A stretch of DNA of 64,000 bases. It comes from a virus. Taxonomy: Duplodnaviria; Caudoviricetes. Each line of letters begins with the position of its first letter. Within the stretch, counting starts at the first letter, position 1. Position numbers and translations under genes: made by a program. Location: positions 1 through 64,000 of IMG/VR virus record IMGVR_UViG_3300037400_008007. The stretch is one strand, 5' to 3'. The notes below the pieces were generated by a model, which was given only the letters and a program-made list of their open reading frames with translations, ran no database searches and had not been told where the DNA came from. This document shows positions 16,757-25,893 of the stretch, piece after piece.

Positions 16757-19700
16757 ATGGCAGACGAGAGAGTAAAAATCATTGACATACAGGTAAGATA
16801 CCAAGATGCGATCGAAGCTCTTGCCAAGTTCCGTGCTTCATTGGCAGAAGCCAAGAAGTACCAGACCGAGTTAAAGAAAGCTTTGAAAGACGGACAGATT
16901 ACACAGGAGCAATACGATAGTAGTATGGCAGCAAGCAATGTGTATATCCGCAATCAGAGTGAGCAGATGCGTACTTTGTCAAAGCAGGTACACAACCAGA
17001 TTAAGGCCACGCAGGAACAGGAGGGTAGTCTTAAACAGCTTCGAGCCGAGCTTTCCAACGCTACAGCGAAGTGGGATGCCATGGGAAGAGCGGAACGAGA
17101 GAGTGCGAAAGGCCGTGCTTTGCAAGACCACATCAACAACATCACTACAGAACTCAAGACAGCCGAGGAAGCCACACAGCGTTTCTACAGGAATGTCGGC
17201 AACTACAAATCGGCAACACAAGGCTTGGAGAATATACGAGTGAAGATTGCCGATATTGGCAAGCAGATGTTGGGTCTTATTGGTATGGGTAGTATGATGC
17301 AATTCAGTAAGCAGGTCATCGAGACTACCAGAGATTTTGAGGACGCAATGGCCCGTATTAAGGCCGTGACAAATGCAGCGCCAGAGCAGTTAGCCATGAT
17401 GGAAGCCAAAGCCCGTGAGTTGGGTAAGACGACAATCTATCATGCTTCAGAAGCGGCAAATGCCATGGAAACACTTTCCCGTGGTGGCTTTACAGCAGCC
17501 GAGGCGACAGAAGCCGTTGGTAAGACGCTTCAGTTTGCGCAGGCCAATGTAATAGGACTTGACGAAGCAGCCGACATTATGATACGCACGATGCGAGGCT
17601 TTAAACTACCTGTCAGCGAAGAGGAAATGACCCGTGTGAACGATGTTCTTTCTAAGGTATCAGCATCATCGGCAACAAACGTGCTGGAGATTGCAGAAGC
17701 CATGAAGAACGCTGCACCTTTCGGAAGCACTCTCGGACAGAGCGTTGAAGAAGTGAGTGCATCGTTAGGTGTGCTTGCTGACGTTGGCGTTCGTGGAGCT
17801 GATGCAGGTACCGCCTTGCGCATGGTTATGTTTGGCCTGGCAACAGAAACTCCAAAGCAGCAGAAAGTGTTTAAGGAGTTCGGAATTGAAATAAACCAGC
17901 AATCAATGGCCACAGAAGGCTTGACCAAGACCTTGCAGCGATTGAAAGAAAGCGGCATCATGGAGGCAGCGGACAGCGCAAACAAACTGGCCGCAGTCTT
18001 TGGCCGTCGTGCCACACCGCAGGTAATGGCTCTTGTCGGAAACATTGACCGACTCGATGAGAAGCTGGTGTTGTTGGGTGGCAAGGTGAATACATATGGA
18101 GAGCAGGCAGAGCAGTTGGTAGAAGCTACTGGTCAGCCCCTCAATCAGATAAACGCAACCCTCGCGCAACTGGAAGAGGCAGGGCTGAAAGGCGCAGCTG
18201 CCACAGAGGTTGTGAAGAGCGCGTATAACGGACTGTCAGCGCAGGCCGAGCAGCAAAGGGCTGTCTTTGATGCGCTTGGAGTGACAATTAACAAGCAGAC
18301 GTTAGAGACTGATGGGCTGTCGGGGTCTTTGAAGAAGCTCAAGGATGCCGGAATACTCGAAGCTGCAAATTCCGCTCAAATGCTTGCACAGGTGTTTGGA
18401 AGCGAAGCCGCACCAATGGTCGAGACACTTATTGAGAATGTAGATGGCTTGCAGCAGAAATTCGTGGACTTGAACAATGCTGACGTAGCAGGCACTACAG
18501 AACGAATGTTCAATGACTCTATTAGCGAGCTAACGAAGTCAATCAAGACCCTATCTTCTGCATGGGAGGATTGGATAATCTCACTTGGCCAGACTTCCGA
18601 CAGTGGAGTGATAGATACCGTAAACGCTCTGACTGATGCAGTCCGTTTCCTTGGCTCTCATGTTAGTGAGGTTATCAATTTTATCATTACGGCTATAGCT
18701 TCTATCAGCTTCGCTAAGTTGGTGAACGGAGCAAGAGCATCTTTCGTTTCGATACGAGACTCTGCAATTAGTAATGCCGAGGCAGCTTCATCTACGGTGC
18801 GCACTCTGAACAGTCAAGAACATGTACTGAAGAAACAGATTGCTTCACAGGAGAAGATGCTTTACAAGGAGGTCAATGGCGAGAGGGTGATGAACGAGAA
18901 TTTGACCGCCAACGAAATTCTGATGTTAGAGGCGAAGCTCGGAGCCAACAGGCGACAACTTCAGCAGACGCAGGCCCAGCAAGAGGCGGCTTTGTTGAAC
19001 GAGAAGAAGCTATGGCATCAGGCAGCGGCTTTGAATACGAGTACCACATGGAAATCCGCTATGGTGGCAGCATCTACAGCGGTTCAAGGTTTCGTTGCAG
19101 CCAGTAAGACAGCCCTAAAGGGATTCATCTTTACTGCTGTCATTATGCTTGCATTTGAAGCTATACAAAAGCTCTTTAGCTTGATTGATACATCATCCGA
19201 CAGTACGTTTGGAAAGATAACATCAGCCGTGACAGGGTTTGTCAAGAAAGGCTTGAATTTCCTTATCGACGCATTTAATTCTGTCGTCAACTACATCAAG
19301 GATTTTGTCGAGAATAGCCGTATCATGCAAGTATGGCTGGTAGCAATCAAGACAGAAATGTCTATTGTGGGGGCGGTATTCAAGTCTGTGTGGTCGGTAT
19401 TCAAGGCTGGTCTCAAAGAGATATGGAACGCATTTAAGTTGGTTGCAGGTATCGTAGGAGCTGTTGGCACAGCCATTGAAGGTCTGCTTACCTTAAATTG
19501 GACGCAGATGAAGAGGGGCATCCAGCAAGTAGCCAAGACAGCGACAGACTTCTGGAAGAACACAACAGACAACGCTAAACAAGCAGGCGCCGAGATTGCC
19601 GACAATATTGTTGGCGCATACAATTCGACTGTGGACGCAATTAAGAACGCAAATCAGAGCAAGGCTTTTGGTGGTGCTGGTACTGGAGTTAATGCCGCTG

Positions 19701-21529
19701 CAGCAGGGGCTTCGATTGGAGGTGCTATTGGTGGAGGTGGTAAGTCGCCCGCAGAAGCCGTTGAGGAAGAAGCGTCAAAGGAAGGCGATAAGCCTAAAAC
19801 AAAGTATGCGGAAGATGCAAAGAACGCTAAAGAAGATTGGGATCAGGCCAAGGCTTATTACGACCAACTCATCAAAGACCAAAATGCCACTACGGAAGAT
19901 GTACTTGCGGCTCGCAAGAATATGGCAGATGCACAGAAAGCCTACGAGGAACTGACAGGCAACAAGCAGAAGAAAGGTGGAGGCAAGAGCGGAGAAGATA
20001 AAGCAGACCGTGATGCCAAGAAAGCTGCAGAGCTGGAGCGTAAGGCTTTCGAGGATGCAGAAAAGGCCATGCTCGACTTAATGAAAGACACCGCAGCAAA
20101 ACGCAGGGCGCAGTTGGAGTTCCAGTATGATGATGAAATCCGTAAACTCAAAGTCCGGCTTGCTACGGAGAAGTTGCTGACGGAAGATGCAAAAGAGGCT
20201 ATCCGTAGGACTATCCTGCTGAAAGAGCAGAAGAAGAACGAGGAAATGGCCAAGCTCGATGATGAAGAGCTGAAGCGAGAAATCGAGAATCGTCAGAAAG
20301 TAATTCAGAGCCGCTTGTCTATTGCACAGAAAGGCAGCGAGGAAGAGCTGGAACTGAAGAGAAGAGCAAATCAAGAAAAGGCACAGCTTGACGTTCTCGC
20401 CCTCAAGCAAGAGGAAGATAACCGAATGGCCGATGCACAGGAGAGGTTGAGGATAGCCCAAGAACAGTATGGCGCAGAGTCGGCTATGGCACTTGCAGCC
20501 CAGCAGGACTTAGAGGCAGTCGAGCTTGAATTTGAGGAACGTCGCAATAATATCCGTGAGGCAGCAAGGCAAAAGAACTTGCAGTTAGAGGAACAGTATC
20601 AACAGCAGCTTGCTGCACAACGTCAGCAAGAGTTCCAAAATCAGATAACGGAATTGGAAATGCAGATGATACAGCAGAACGATTTGCGGCAGGGGTATAT
20701 TGGCGACCTTGCTGTTGAGGAATTGGCTCAAGAGCAAATGCGCCTGAACGTGGTTTCGCAAGGAGAAATGGATGTCCTTGAAATCAGAAGACAGGCTGCA
20801 GAAGATAGATACAACAGCATACTTCAACAAGGACAGCTTGAAGGCGAGACCGAGCAGCAGTACAACACTCGTCGCTTGCAGGCCGAGAAAGCTGTGTATG
20901 ATGCGAAGGCCGCATACAGGAAGGCAGAGCTGACTAATGAGAAAGCTCACCTAACGGCCATGCGCTCATTGTCGAACAGTTTTGTTTCTTTGTCCGCAGC
21001 TATCGGTGAGAGTAACAAGGACTTTGCCAATTTGAGCAAGATTATCACCCTTGCCCAGATTGCGATTGATACTGGCCGTGCGTTGTCGGGAGGTATCGCC
21101 AGTGCAGCATCACTGCCTTACCCCGCAAACCTTGCTGCCATAGCATCTACTATCGCAACCATTCTTACCAACGTGGCCACTGCCATCAGCACGGTAAAAT
21201 CAGCACAATTCGCAGAAGGTGGTAAGGTGACAGGCCCAGGCACGGGAACTTCTGACAGCATACCAGCCCGCCTGTCTGCAGGAGAATTTGTGGTGACTGC
21301 CAAGGCTACCAAACTCTTTGAACCGTTATTGATGGCCATGAACAATATCGGTGCCGGAGTTGTGCCAATGATGGCGACCAATTCATATCGAGACTACAAT
21401 ATGCCGACAAACGAACTCACGGAGAGCTTTAGAGAAGCAGCCGAGAATATACACCCCGTTGTGTCTGTGGTTGAGATAACCGAAAGGCAAGGGCAAGTCG
21501 AAGTAATTGAAAATCTTGATACACTATAA
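16757..21529 (+). CDS. Tail tape measure protein (TP901-type core)
   Basis: 1590 aa, Ala/Glu/Lys-rich and helical; FEDAMARIKAVT...ARELGKTTIY...EAANAMETLSRGGF core; C-terminal FAEGGKVTGPGTGTSDSIPARLS. Confidence 0.92.
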   Translation: MADERVKIIDIQVRYQDAIEALAKFRASLAEAKKYQTELKKALKDGQITQEQYDSSMAASNVYIRNQSEQMRTLSKQVHNQIKATQEQEGSLKQLRAELSNATAKWDAMGRAERESAKGRALQDHINNITTELKTAEEATQRFYRNVGNYKSATQGLENIRVKIADIGKQMLGLIGMGSMMQFSKQVIETTRDFEDAMARIKAVTNAAPEQLAMMEAKARELGKTTIYHASEAANAMETLSRGGFTAAEATEAVGKTLQFAQANVIGLDEAADIMIRTMRGFKLPVSEEEMTRVNDVLSKVSASSATNVLEIAEAMKNAAPFGSTLGQSVEEVSASLGVLADVGVRGADAGTALRMVMFGLATETPKQQKVFKEFGIEINQQSMATEGLTKTLQRLKESGIMEAADSANKLAAVFGRRATPQVMALVGNIDRLDEKLVLLGGKVNTYGEQAEQLVEATGQPLNQINATLAQLEEAGLKGAAATEVVKSAYNGLSAQAEQQRAVFDALGVTINKQTLETDGLSGSLKKLKDAGILEAANSAQMLAQVFGSEAAPMVETLIENVDGLQQKFVDLNNADVAGTTERMFNDSISELTKSIKTLSSAWEDWIISLGQTSDSGVIDTVNALTDAVRFLGSHVSEVINFIITAIASISFAKLVNGARASFVSIRDSAISNAEAASSTVRTLNSQEHVLKKQIASQEKMLYKEVNGERVMNENLTANEILMLEAKLGANRRQLQQTQAQQEAALLNEKKLWHQAAALNTSTTWKSAMVAASTAVQGFVAASKTALKGFIFTAVIMLAFEAIQKLFSLIDTSSDSTFGKITSAVTGFVKKGLNFLIDAFNSVVNYIKDFVENSRIMQVWLVAIKTEMSIVGAVFKSVWSVFKAGLKEIWNAFKLVAGIVGAVGTAIEGLLTLNWTQMKRGIQQVAKTATDFWKNTTDNAKQAGAEIADNIVGAYNSTVDAIKNANQSKAFGGAGTGVNAAAAGASIGGAIGGGGKSPAEAVEEEASKEGDKPKTKYAEDAKNAKEDWDQAKAYYDQLIKDQNATTEDVLAARKNMADAQKAYEELTGNKQKKGGGKSGEDKADRDAKKAAELERKAFEDAEKAMLDLMKDTAAKRRAQLEFQYDDEIRKLKVRLATEKLLTEDAKEAIRRTILLKEQKKNEEMAKLDDEELKREIENRQKVIQSRLSIAQKGSEEELELKRRANQEKAQLDVLALKQEEDNRMADAQERLRIAQEQYGAESAMALAAQQDLEAVELEFEERRNNIREAARQKNLQLEEQYQQQLAAQRQQEFQNQITELEMQMIQQNDLRQGYIGDLAVEELAQEQMRLNVVSQGEMDVLEIRRQAAEDRYNSILQQGQLEGETEQQYNTRRLQAEKAVYDAKAAYRKAELTNEKAHLTAMRSLSNSFVSLSAAIGESNKDFANLSKIITLAQIAIDTGRALSGGIASAASLPYPANLAAIASTIATILTNVATAISTVKSAQFAEGGKVTGPGTGTSDSIPARLSAGEFVVTAKATKLFEPLLMAMNNIGAGVVPMMATNSYRDYNMPTNELTESFREAAENIHPVVSVVEITERQGQVEVIENLDTL

Positions 21530-21552
21530 ACATAAAGATTCACGGAGAAAAT

Positions 21553-21786
21553 ATGACACGTTACGAACTTTTGACAACAAACAAGACGCTCATTGAGGCG
21601 ATGGTGGAGAACTCCATTGACATTCGGGACATCAAGTATCTCTCGCTATATGCAGAGTTTAAGGCGATGAAATCCAAGAAGCACAAGGTAGGCTACATTG
21701 TCCTGCACCTTAGCGAGAAATACAAGATGTCCGAGAGAGGCATCTACAAGCTGATAGACCGAATGAAGAAACGAGTCGCAATATGA
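21553..21786 (+). CDS. Small HTH-like protein
   Basis: LSEKYKMSERGIYKLI helix-turn-helix-like C-terminus. Confidence 0.55.
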   Translation: MTRYELLTTNKTLIEAMVENSIDIRDIKYLSLYAEFKAMKSKKHKVGYIVLHLSEKYKMSERGIYKLIDRMKKRVAI

Positions 21787-22535
21787 AGCACTACAACACC
21801 ATAGAGGAAAGTCATCTGTACTTCGGGAACAATCTCGAAGTTATGGATGACCTGCCTGCGTACAGCATAGACCTTATTGTGACCGACCCACCTTACAACT
21901 TCACGAAGGCGAATTGTACCAAGATGTATAAAGAGACTTCTAAGAAGCTGATGTCGAAGTCTGGTCTATACGACTACGACGACGAGACGGAAGAATGTCG
22001 TATTAAGGCAGGCTTCAGTAAGGATGACATCTACCGATGGTTGGATATGACACCAAGGCTGGTAAAGAAGATGAACGCATACATTTTTTGTTCCGAGGTG
22101 CAAGTGCCTATCTATGCCATGTGGGCAGAGGAACACGGTTATAAGTTCTCAATTCTCATTTGGGAGAAGCCGTTGGCCATTATCAGCAAAAGCCGTTATT
22201 CGCAGAATGTGGAGTTTATTGTGCGCATATACGATGACGGAACCGCCCTCAATAAGATCGATGACTGCGAACAGTACAACAGAGTCCTGCATATTCCAGT
22301 AGTCACCAAGAAGCTAACACCTACGCAGAAACCTGTTGCGCTCATGGCCAGGCTTATCCGTCTATCCTCGCAAGAAGGGGGTGTTGTTCTTGATCCGTTC
22401 TTAGGTTCGGGAACAACGGCTGTTGCAGCCCAACGGTTGGGCAGGAAGTATATCGGCATAGAAAGAAATGAGCGATTCTATCGCATTGCAGAGAATCGCT
22501 TAAAGGAAGAGTGCGTCCAACAGTCGCTGTTTTAG
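21783..22535 (+). CDS. DNA methyltransferase, N4-C/N6-A, beta class
   Basis: IVTDPPY precedes TQKPVAL and VLDPFLGSGTT. Confidence 0.9.
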   Translation: MKHYNTIEESHLYFGNNLEVMDDLPAYSIDLIVTDPPYNFTKANCTKMYKETSKKLMSKSGLYDYDDETEECRIKAGFSKDDIYRWLDMTPRLVKKMNAYIFCSEVQVPIYAMWAEEHGYKFSILIWEKPLAIISKSRYSQNVEFIVRIYDDGTALNKIDDCEQYNRVLHIPVVTKKLTPTQKPVALMARLIRLSSQEGGVVLDPFLGSGTTAVAAQRLGRKYIGIERNERFYRIAENRLKEECVQQSLF

Positions 22536-23110
22536 AATCCATCAGAGAAAGACTTTTGGGGCTTTGCATAGGCCGCTTTCATAGCCTGCCATTGGGCTTT
22601 TATTGCAGAGCCTACCTTGTCTTTCTTGAACTCTTTATCGTACATGTCTGGTGAAATGCCGATACGCACTTTTTTAACTCCAGTATTGGCAATCTGCTCG
22701 ATTTGGCTTTCTGTTACAGAAAACATAAGTGTGAGAGAGTTAGAGCGGATAACAATTCCGTTTACATTCTGAACGTTTGGCTCTGACTTGACAGCGTCCG
22801 ACAATGATTTGAACTCAAGCACGGTGCCATCATTGAGACGCATAAGCATTGGTGCTTCTGCATTTGCTTCAAAAGAAGTTGTACCAGTAAGTTTGGTGCA
22901 AAGGGATATGGACTTCTCGTTCTTATCCTTGTCTATTGTCGAGAAAAGGGAAACGGAAAGAACAATTTTGTCAGAGAAGCCACCTTTGCATACCACATCT
23001 TCAGTAGATATGACACGATGTCCGTCTTTCGTTTCATCGATGGCGATACCCTGCGCATAAGATGACGCACAAATAATAGTCAGTAGGAATGTAAAAAAAG
23101 CCTTTTTCAT
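22532..23110 (-). CDS. Exported protein with signal peptide; the only convincing minus-strand CDS
   Basis: MKKAFFTFLLTIICASSYAQ signal peptide from ATG 23110; own minus-strand TACCTTTG box at 23150-23143. Confidence 0.75.
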   Translation of the reverse strand: MKKAFFTFLLTIICASSYAQGIAIDETKDGHRVISTEDVVCKGGFSDKIVLSVSLFSTIDKDKNEKSISLCTKLTGTTSFEANAEAPMLMRLNDGTVLEFKSLSDAVKSEPNVQNVNGIVIRSNSLTLMFSVTESQIEQIANTGVKKVRIGISPDMYDKEFKKDKVGSAIKAQWQAMKAAYAKPQKSFSDGF

Positions 23111-23214
23111 ATTCTGTTTTTGAGGTTGTGTAAAATTGACGGCAAAGGTAATAATAATAGTCGAGACGTGAAAAGGAAGAATGTTTTTTATCAAATATTT
23201 AACATTATTCCTTT

Positions 23215-23294
23215 GTCAAAAATTTGCATATATGATAAATTTTGATTACCTTTGAGGTAGCAAATAAGATAAATACACTTCAAAACTTACGATT
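23215..23294 (+). promoter_or_regulatory. Cassette promoter/leader C2
   Basis: TTTG 23223, 20-nt spacer, TACCTTTG 23247-23254, GTAGCAAATAAGATAAA, TTCAAAACTT. Confidence 0.8.
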
Positions 23295-24215
23295 ATGAAC
23301 ACAATCAATCTTTCAGACCTGCAGCAGCAGACACAGGAAATCAAAGAACACATAGCACGTTACGAGGCTACTCACGAACCATCGCAGTTCCGTGTGTTTC
23401 CTCGCGCCATGGAGGCTATTGCCGAGTATGGTGCCGAGAACATCTTTTTGGTGAGCGAGGTTTACCATGGTATGTATCACGATGACTATGCATATTTTGA
23501 GTACTATAACAATGTGACGGGCGAGACATTCAAGGACCAATGGACTACTGCTTTCTGCTGCCCAGCTTACCAGTTCTACAAGTGCGTAACGATTGAGGAC
23601 GCATGGGAGTGTGGTTTTGTCAATGCCGAAAAGTGGCTCAAGTCAAAGAAAGAGGAACTGCTTGCGTATCTGTCCGCAGCTGCTATTCCCCACATTCCTG
23701 TAGCCGAACTTATCAAAGCGAAAGCCCTTGTGTCTGTCCGTAAAGGGCGCAAGTGGCAGGGTACTGGCTACATCATCAAGAAGCGAGACATGAAGTTTGG
23801 GTATAAGTCTGTGACCTACGCAATCATATTCGACCCCATGACAATGACCATTAACGAGGTCAATGCCGACTACGTTCAGATAGAGGACATGGAGTGTCTG
23901 GAGAAGATGTGGAAGCAGGAGTGTAAGGACATGATTACGGCTTTGCAACCGTCAGACGTAGTTGTTTCTAACGGACGCATCGAGACAGGCTGCAAGGTAG
24001 ATTTTATTAGCTGGCTTACCAAGCGCAACGAGGGTGTGATATTGGACTACTCGGAAGCGTCATGGCCTGCACAGGAAGCAAGAGATAAGAAAGCATCAGA
24101 GTTTAAGGAGAAGAAGATGGCCGAGCTTGTTGAGTGGGTCAAGACGAACACCGACAGGAAAGGCGATGATATTCAAGCCCTCGCAGAACGTATCTTCGCA
24201 CGTCGTTACGCATAA
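23295..24215 (+). CDS. Hypothetical protein (306 aa)
   Basis: Long ORF directly behind promoter C2. Confidence 0.7.
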   Translation: MNTINLSDLQQQTQEIKEHIARYEATHEPSQFRVFPRAMEAIAEYGAENIFLVSEVYHGMYHDDYAYFEYYNNVTGETFKDQWTTAFCCPAYQFYKCVTIEDAWECGFVNAEKWLKSKKEELLAYLSAAAIPHIPVAELIKAKALVSVRKGRKWQGTGYIIKKRDMKFGYKSVTYAIIFDPMTMTINEVNADYVQIEDMECLEKMWKQECKDMITALQPSDVVVSNGRIETGCKVDFISWLTKRNEGVILDYSEASWPAQEARDKKASEFKEKKMAELVEWVKTNTDRKGDDIQALAERIFARRYA

Positions 24216-24221
24216 AGATTT

Positions 24222-24250
24222 GGGCCTGTCAACAAGTGGTTGGCAGGCTC
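24222..24250. terminator. 12-bp stem-loop, putative terminator
   Basis: GGGCCTGTCAAC-AAGTG-GTTGGCAGGCTC, followed by an A-run. Confidence 0.5.
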
Positions 24251-24362
24251 AAAAAAACTTTGCAGGAAAGCAAAACTTTCTCGCTAAAAATTCGCATATT
24301 TGATAAAATCTTTGTACCTTTGGTATAGCAAATAAGAAAAGTAACCTTCAAAACTCAAGACA
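24251..24362 (+). promoter_or_regulatory. Cassette promoter/leader C3
   Basis: CATATTTGATAAA, TACCTTTG 24315-24322, TAGCAAATAAGAAAAG, TTCAAAACT. Confidence 0.8.
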
Positions 24363-24671
24363 ATGTGTACTTCAATTTTAGCAAGTCAGAACGAGATTAA
24401 AGCCAAGTATGGCAAGGAAGTAATCATCCTCTCTCTCTGTGGAGATTTCTATGAAGCATACGAGGATGACGCAGAGACCATAGCAAGGCTGTTGGGTATT
24501 ACGCTCACCAGACGTAGTGAAAACGGTGATAGCAGAAAGGGCATCCGTATGGCAGGTTTCCCACGTCATGCGCTCGACACATATCTGCCAAAGCTCATCA
24601 GAGCTGGCCACAGGGTTGCCATAACCGAGCTTGTTGTCAAGGAGGTGGTTGCTCCTGGCATAGCACTATAG
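24363..24671 (+). CDS. Stand-alone MutS domain I (mismatch-recognition) protein
   Basis: [13 protein letters not shown]...LGITLT...[27 protein letters not shown]. Confidence 0.85.
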   Translation: MCTSILASQNEIKAKYGKEVIILSLCGDFYEAYEDDAETIARLLGITLTRRSENGDSRKGIRMAGFPRHALDTYLPKLIRAGHRVAITELVVKEVVAPGIAL

Positions 24672-25168
24672 GTTGAGCCGTAGGCGGCAGTTCGGGGTTC
24701 GACTCCCCGATGGCCACAAAGAACGTTCTGCTGGTTATCCAGCAAGGAGAGTTATCCGTATTTTCGGTGTCGATGTCACTTTGAAGTTGCTCTCTCCATA
24801 ATCAAAAGGAACTTGAAAGCTGGCGAGGCAGATGTTAGCCCAAACATTGTTTCCTTGAAACATAAAAGCAAGGCGGTGGTAAAGCGTCAGATTCCACTCT
24901 GCGGCCCTGGATAGTCTATCATCGGGAGGGCGGTGGCAACTCGGCCAGAAGTTGCAAAAGTCGATGCCACTTAGGGACTTTAAGGCAGTGGGGGCAAGCA
25001 ACGGCCAAGCGAGTAACATTGGGCGACAAAGGAAAGCGCACACCCAAACGAGGTGACCCGAAACTCGACAAACGGGCGCGGAGAGAGAACACACTCCGTA
25101 CAAAAAAGTCCTACCGCTGGGCGATAGCGAAAAGCGCATTAGTTATTCACCAATGGAAACAGACAGTT
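24672..25168 (+). ncRNA. Candidate structured noncoding region of about 500 nt, starting with a tRNA T-arm-like hairpin
   Basis: CGGGG-TTCGACT-CCCCG and several further stems; no credible + strand ORF until ATG 25169. Confidence 0.35.
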
Positions 25169-25465
25169 ATGGCTAAATGGATTTTTCAAGGCATCAAGGA
25201 CATTCAGAGCAAGCACCTACCAAAGATTGTAGTTGCTGACACAGAAGAAGAGTTCAACCGACTAAGGGAGTTGTACTATGAGGCCTTACGCTCCAGCGTG
25301 GAGCCAGAGACCTATGTGAAGTATGAGATCTGGACGAGTGACATCTACATTGATGTGGACTACATTATCGTTCAGACGGAAGCGATATACAAGGCCGCTG
25401 TGAGCCGTTCGCAGATTGCCAGCTGGATTGAGCAGCACAAAGAGAGTCACCACGTTCTGCGATAG
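25169..25465 (+). CDS. Hypothetical protein
   Basis: MAKWIFQG start preferred over the non-ATG extension from 25019. Confidence 0.55.
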   Translation: MAKWIFQGIKDIQSKHLPKIVVADTEEEFNRLRELYYEALRSSVEPETYVKYEIWTSDIYIDVDYIIVQTEAIYKAAVSRSQIASWIEQHKESHHVLR

Positions 25466-25524
25466 CGTAGAGCGATCAAGAGGCAAGAGAGAAATAAATC
25501 TTGTACTTTTGGTAAGAAATAAGG

Positions 25525-25605
25525 CAAAAAGTTTGTGTATTTGATAAAATATGCTTACCTTTGCCAATGCAAATAAGATAAAGTAATAATCAAAACTTAG
25601 ACATC
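25525..25605 (+). promoter_or_regulatory. Cassette promoter/leader C4
   Basis: TTTG 25532, 20-nt spacer, TACCTTTG 25556-25563, ATGCAAATAAGATAAA, TCAAAACTT. Confidence 0.8.
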
Positions 25606-25893
25606 ATGGCAAACAAAGTTGTTGAGAACACCGCAAGGCGCATCGTGGCTTTCAGCGATGACGGCACTTGCAAGCTCATTGCCACACGCAGAGCGAACAA
25701 GATCGAGCGTTTCGGTCGTACCGCTTTTGTTGGCTCGTACTGGACGTTAGAGACATTCCAGAGGCAGGGCGACAAATTTCAGCCAATGGTATTCAAAGGC
25801 TTACCCTCTCGTTATGAGTTGAAGCAAGACGTAATTGCGCAGCTTCAGAGTTCCGTTCGTTTCACAGAAGCATATAAGGAGTTAAGTGTATGA
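25606..25893 (+). CDS. Hypothetical protein
   Basis: ORF directly behind promoter C4. Confidence 0.6.
   Translation: MANKVVENTARRIVAFSDDGTCKLIATRRANKIERFGRTAFVGSYWTLETFQRQGDKFQPMVFKGLPSRYELKQDVIAQLQSSVRFTEAYKELSV

Noticed and set aside
24656-24720. Possible tRNA gene
   Set aside because: Only the T-arm is present; no 7-bp acceptor partner, D-arm or anticodon arm at the right spacing, and no CCA after the discriminator position
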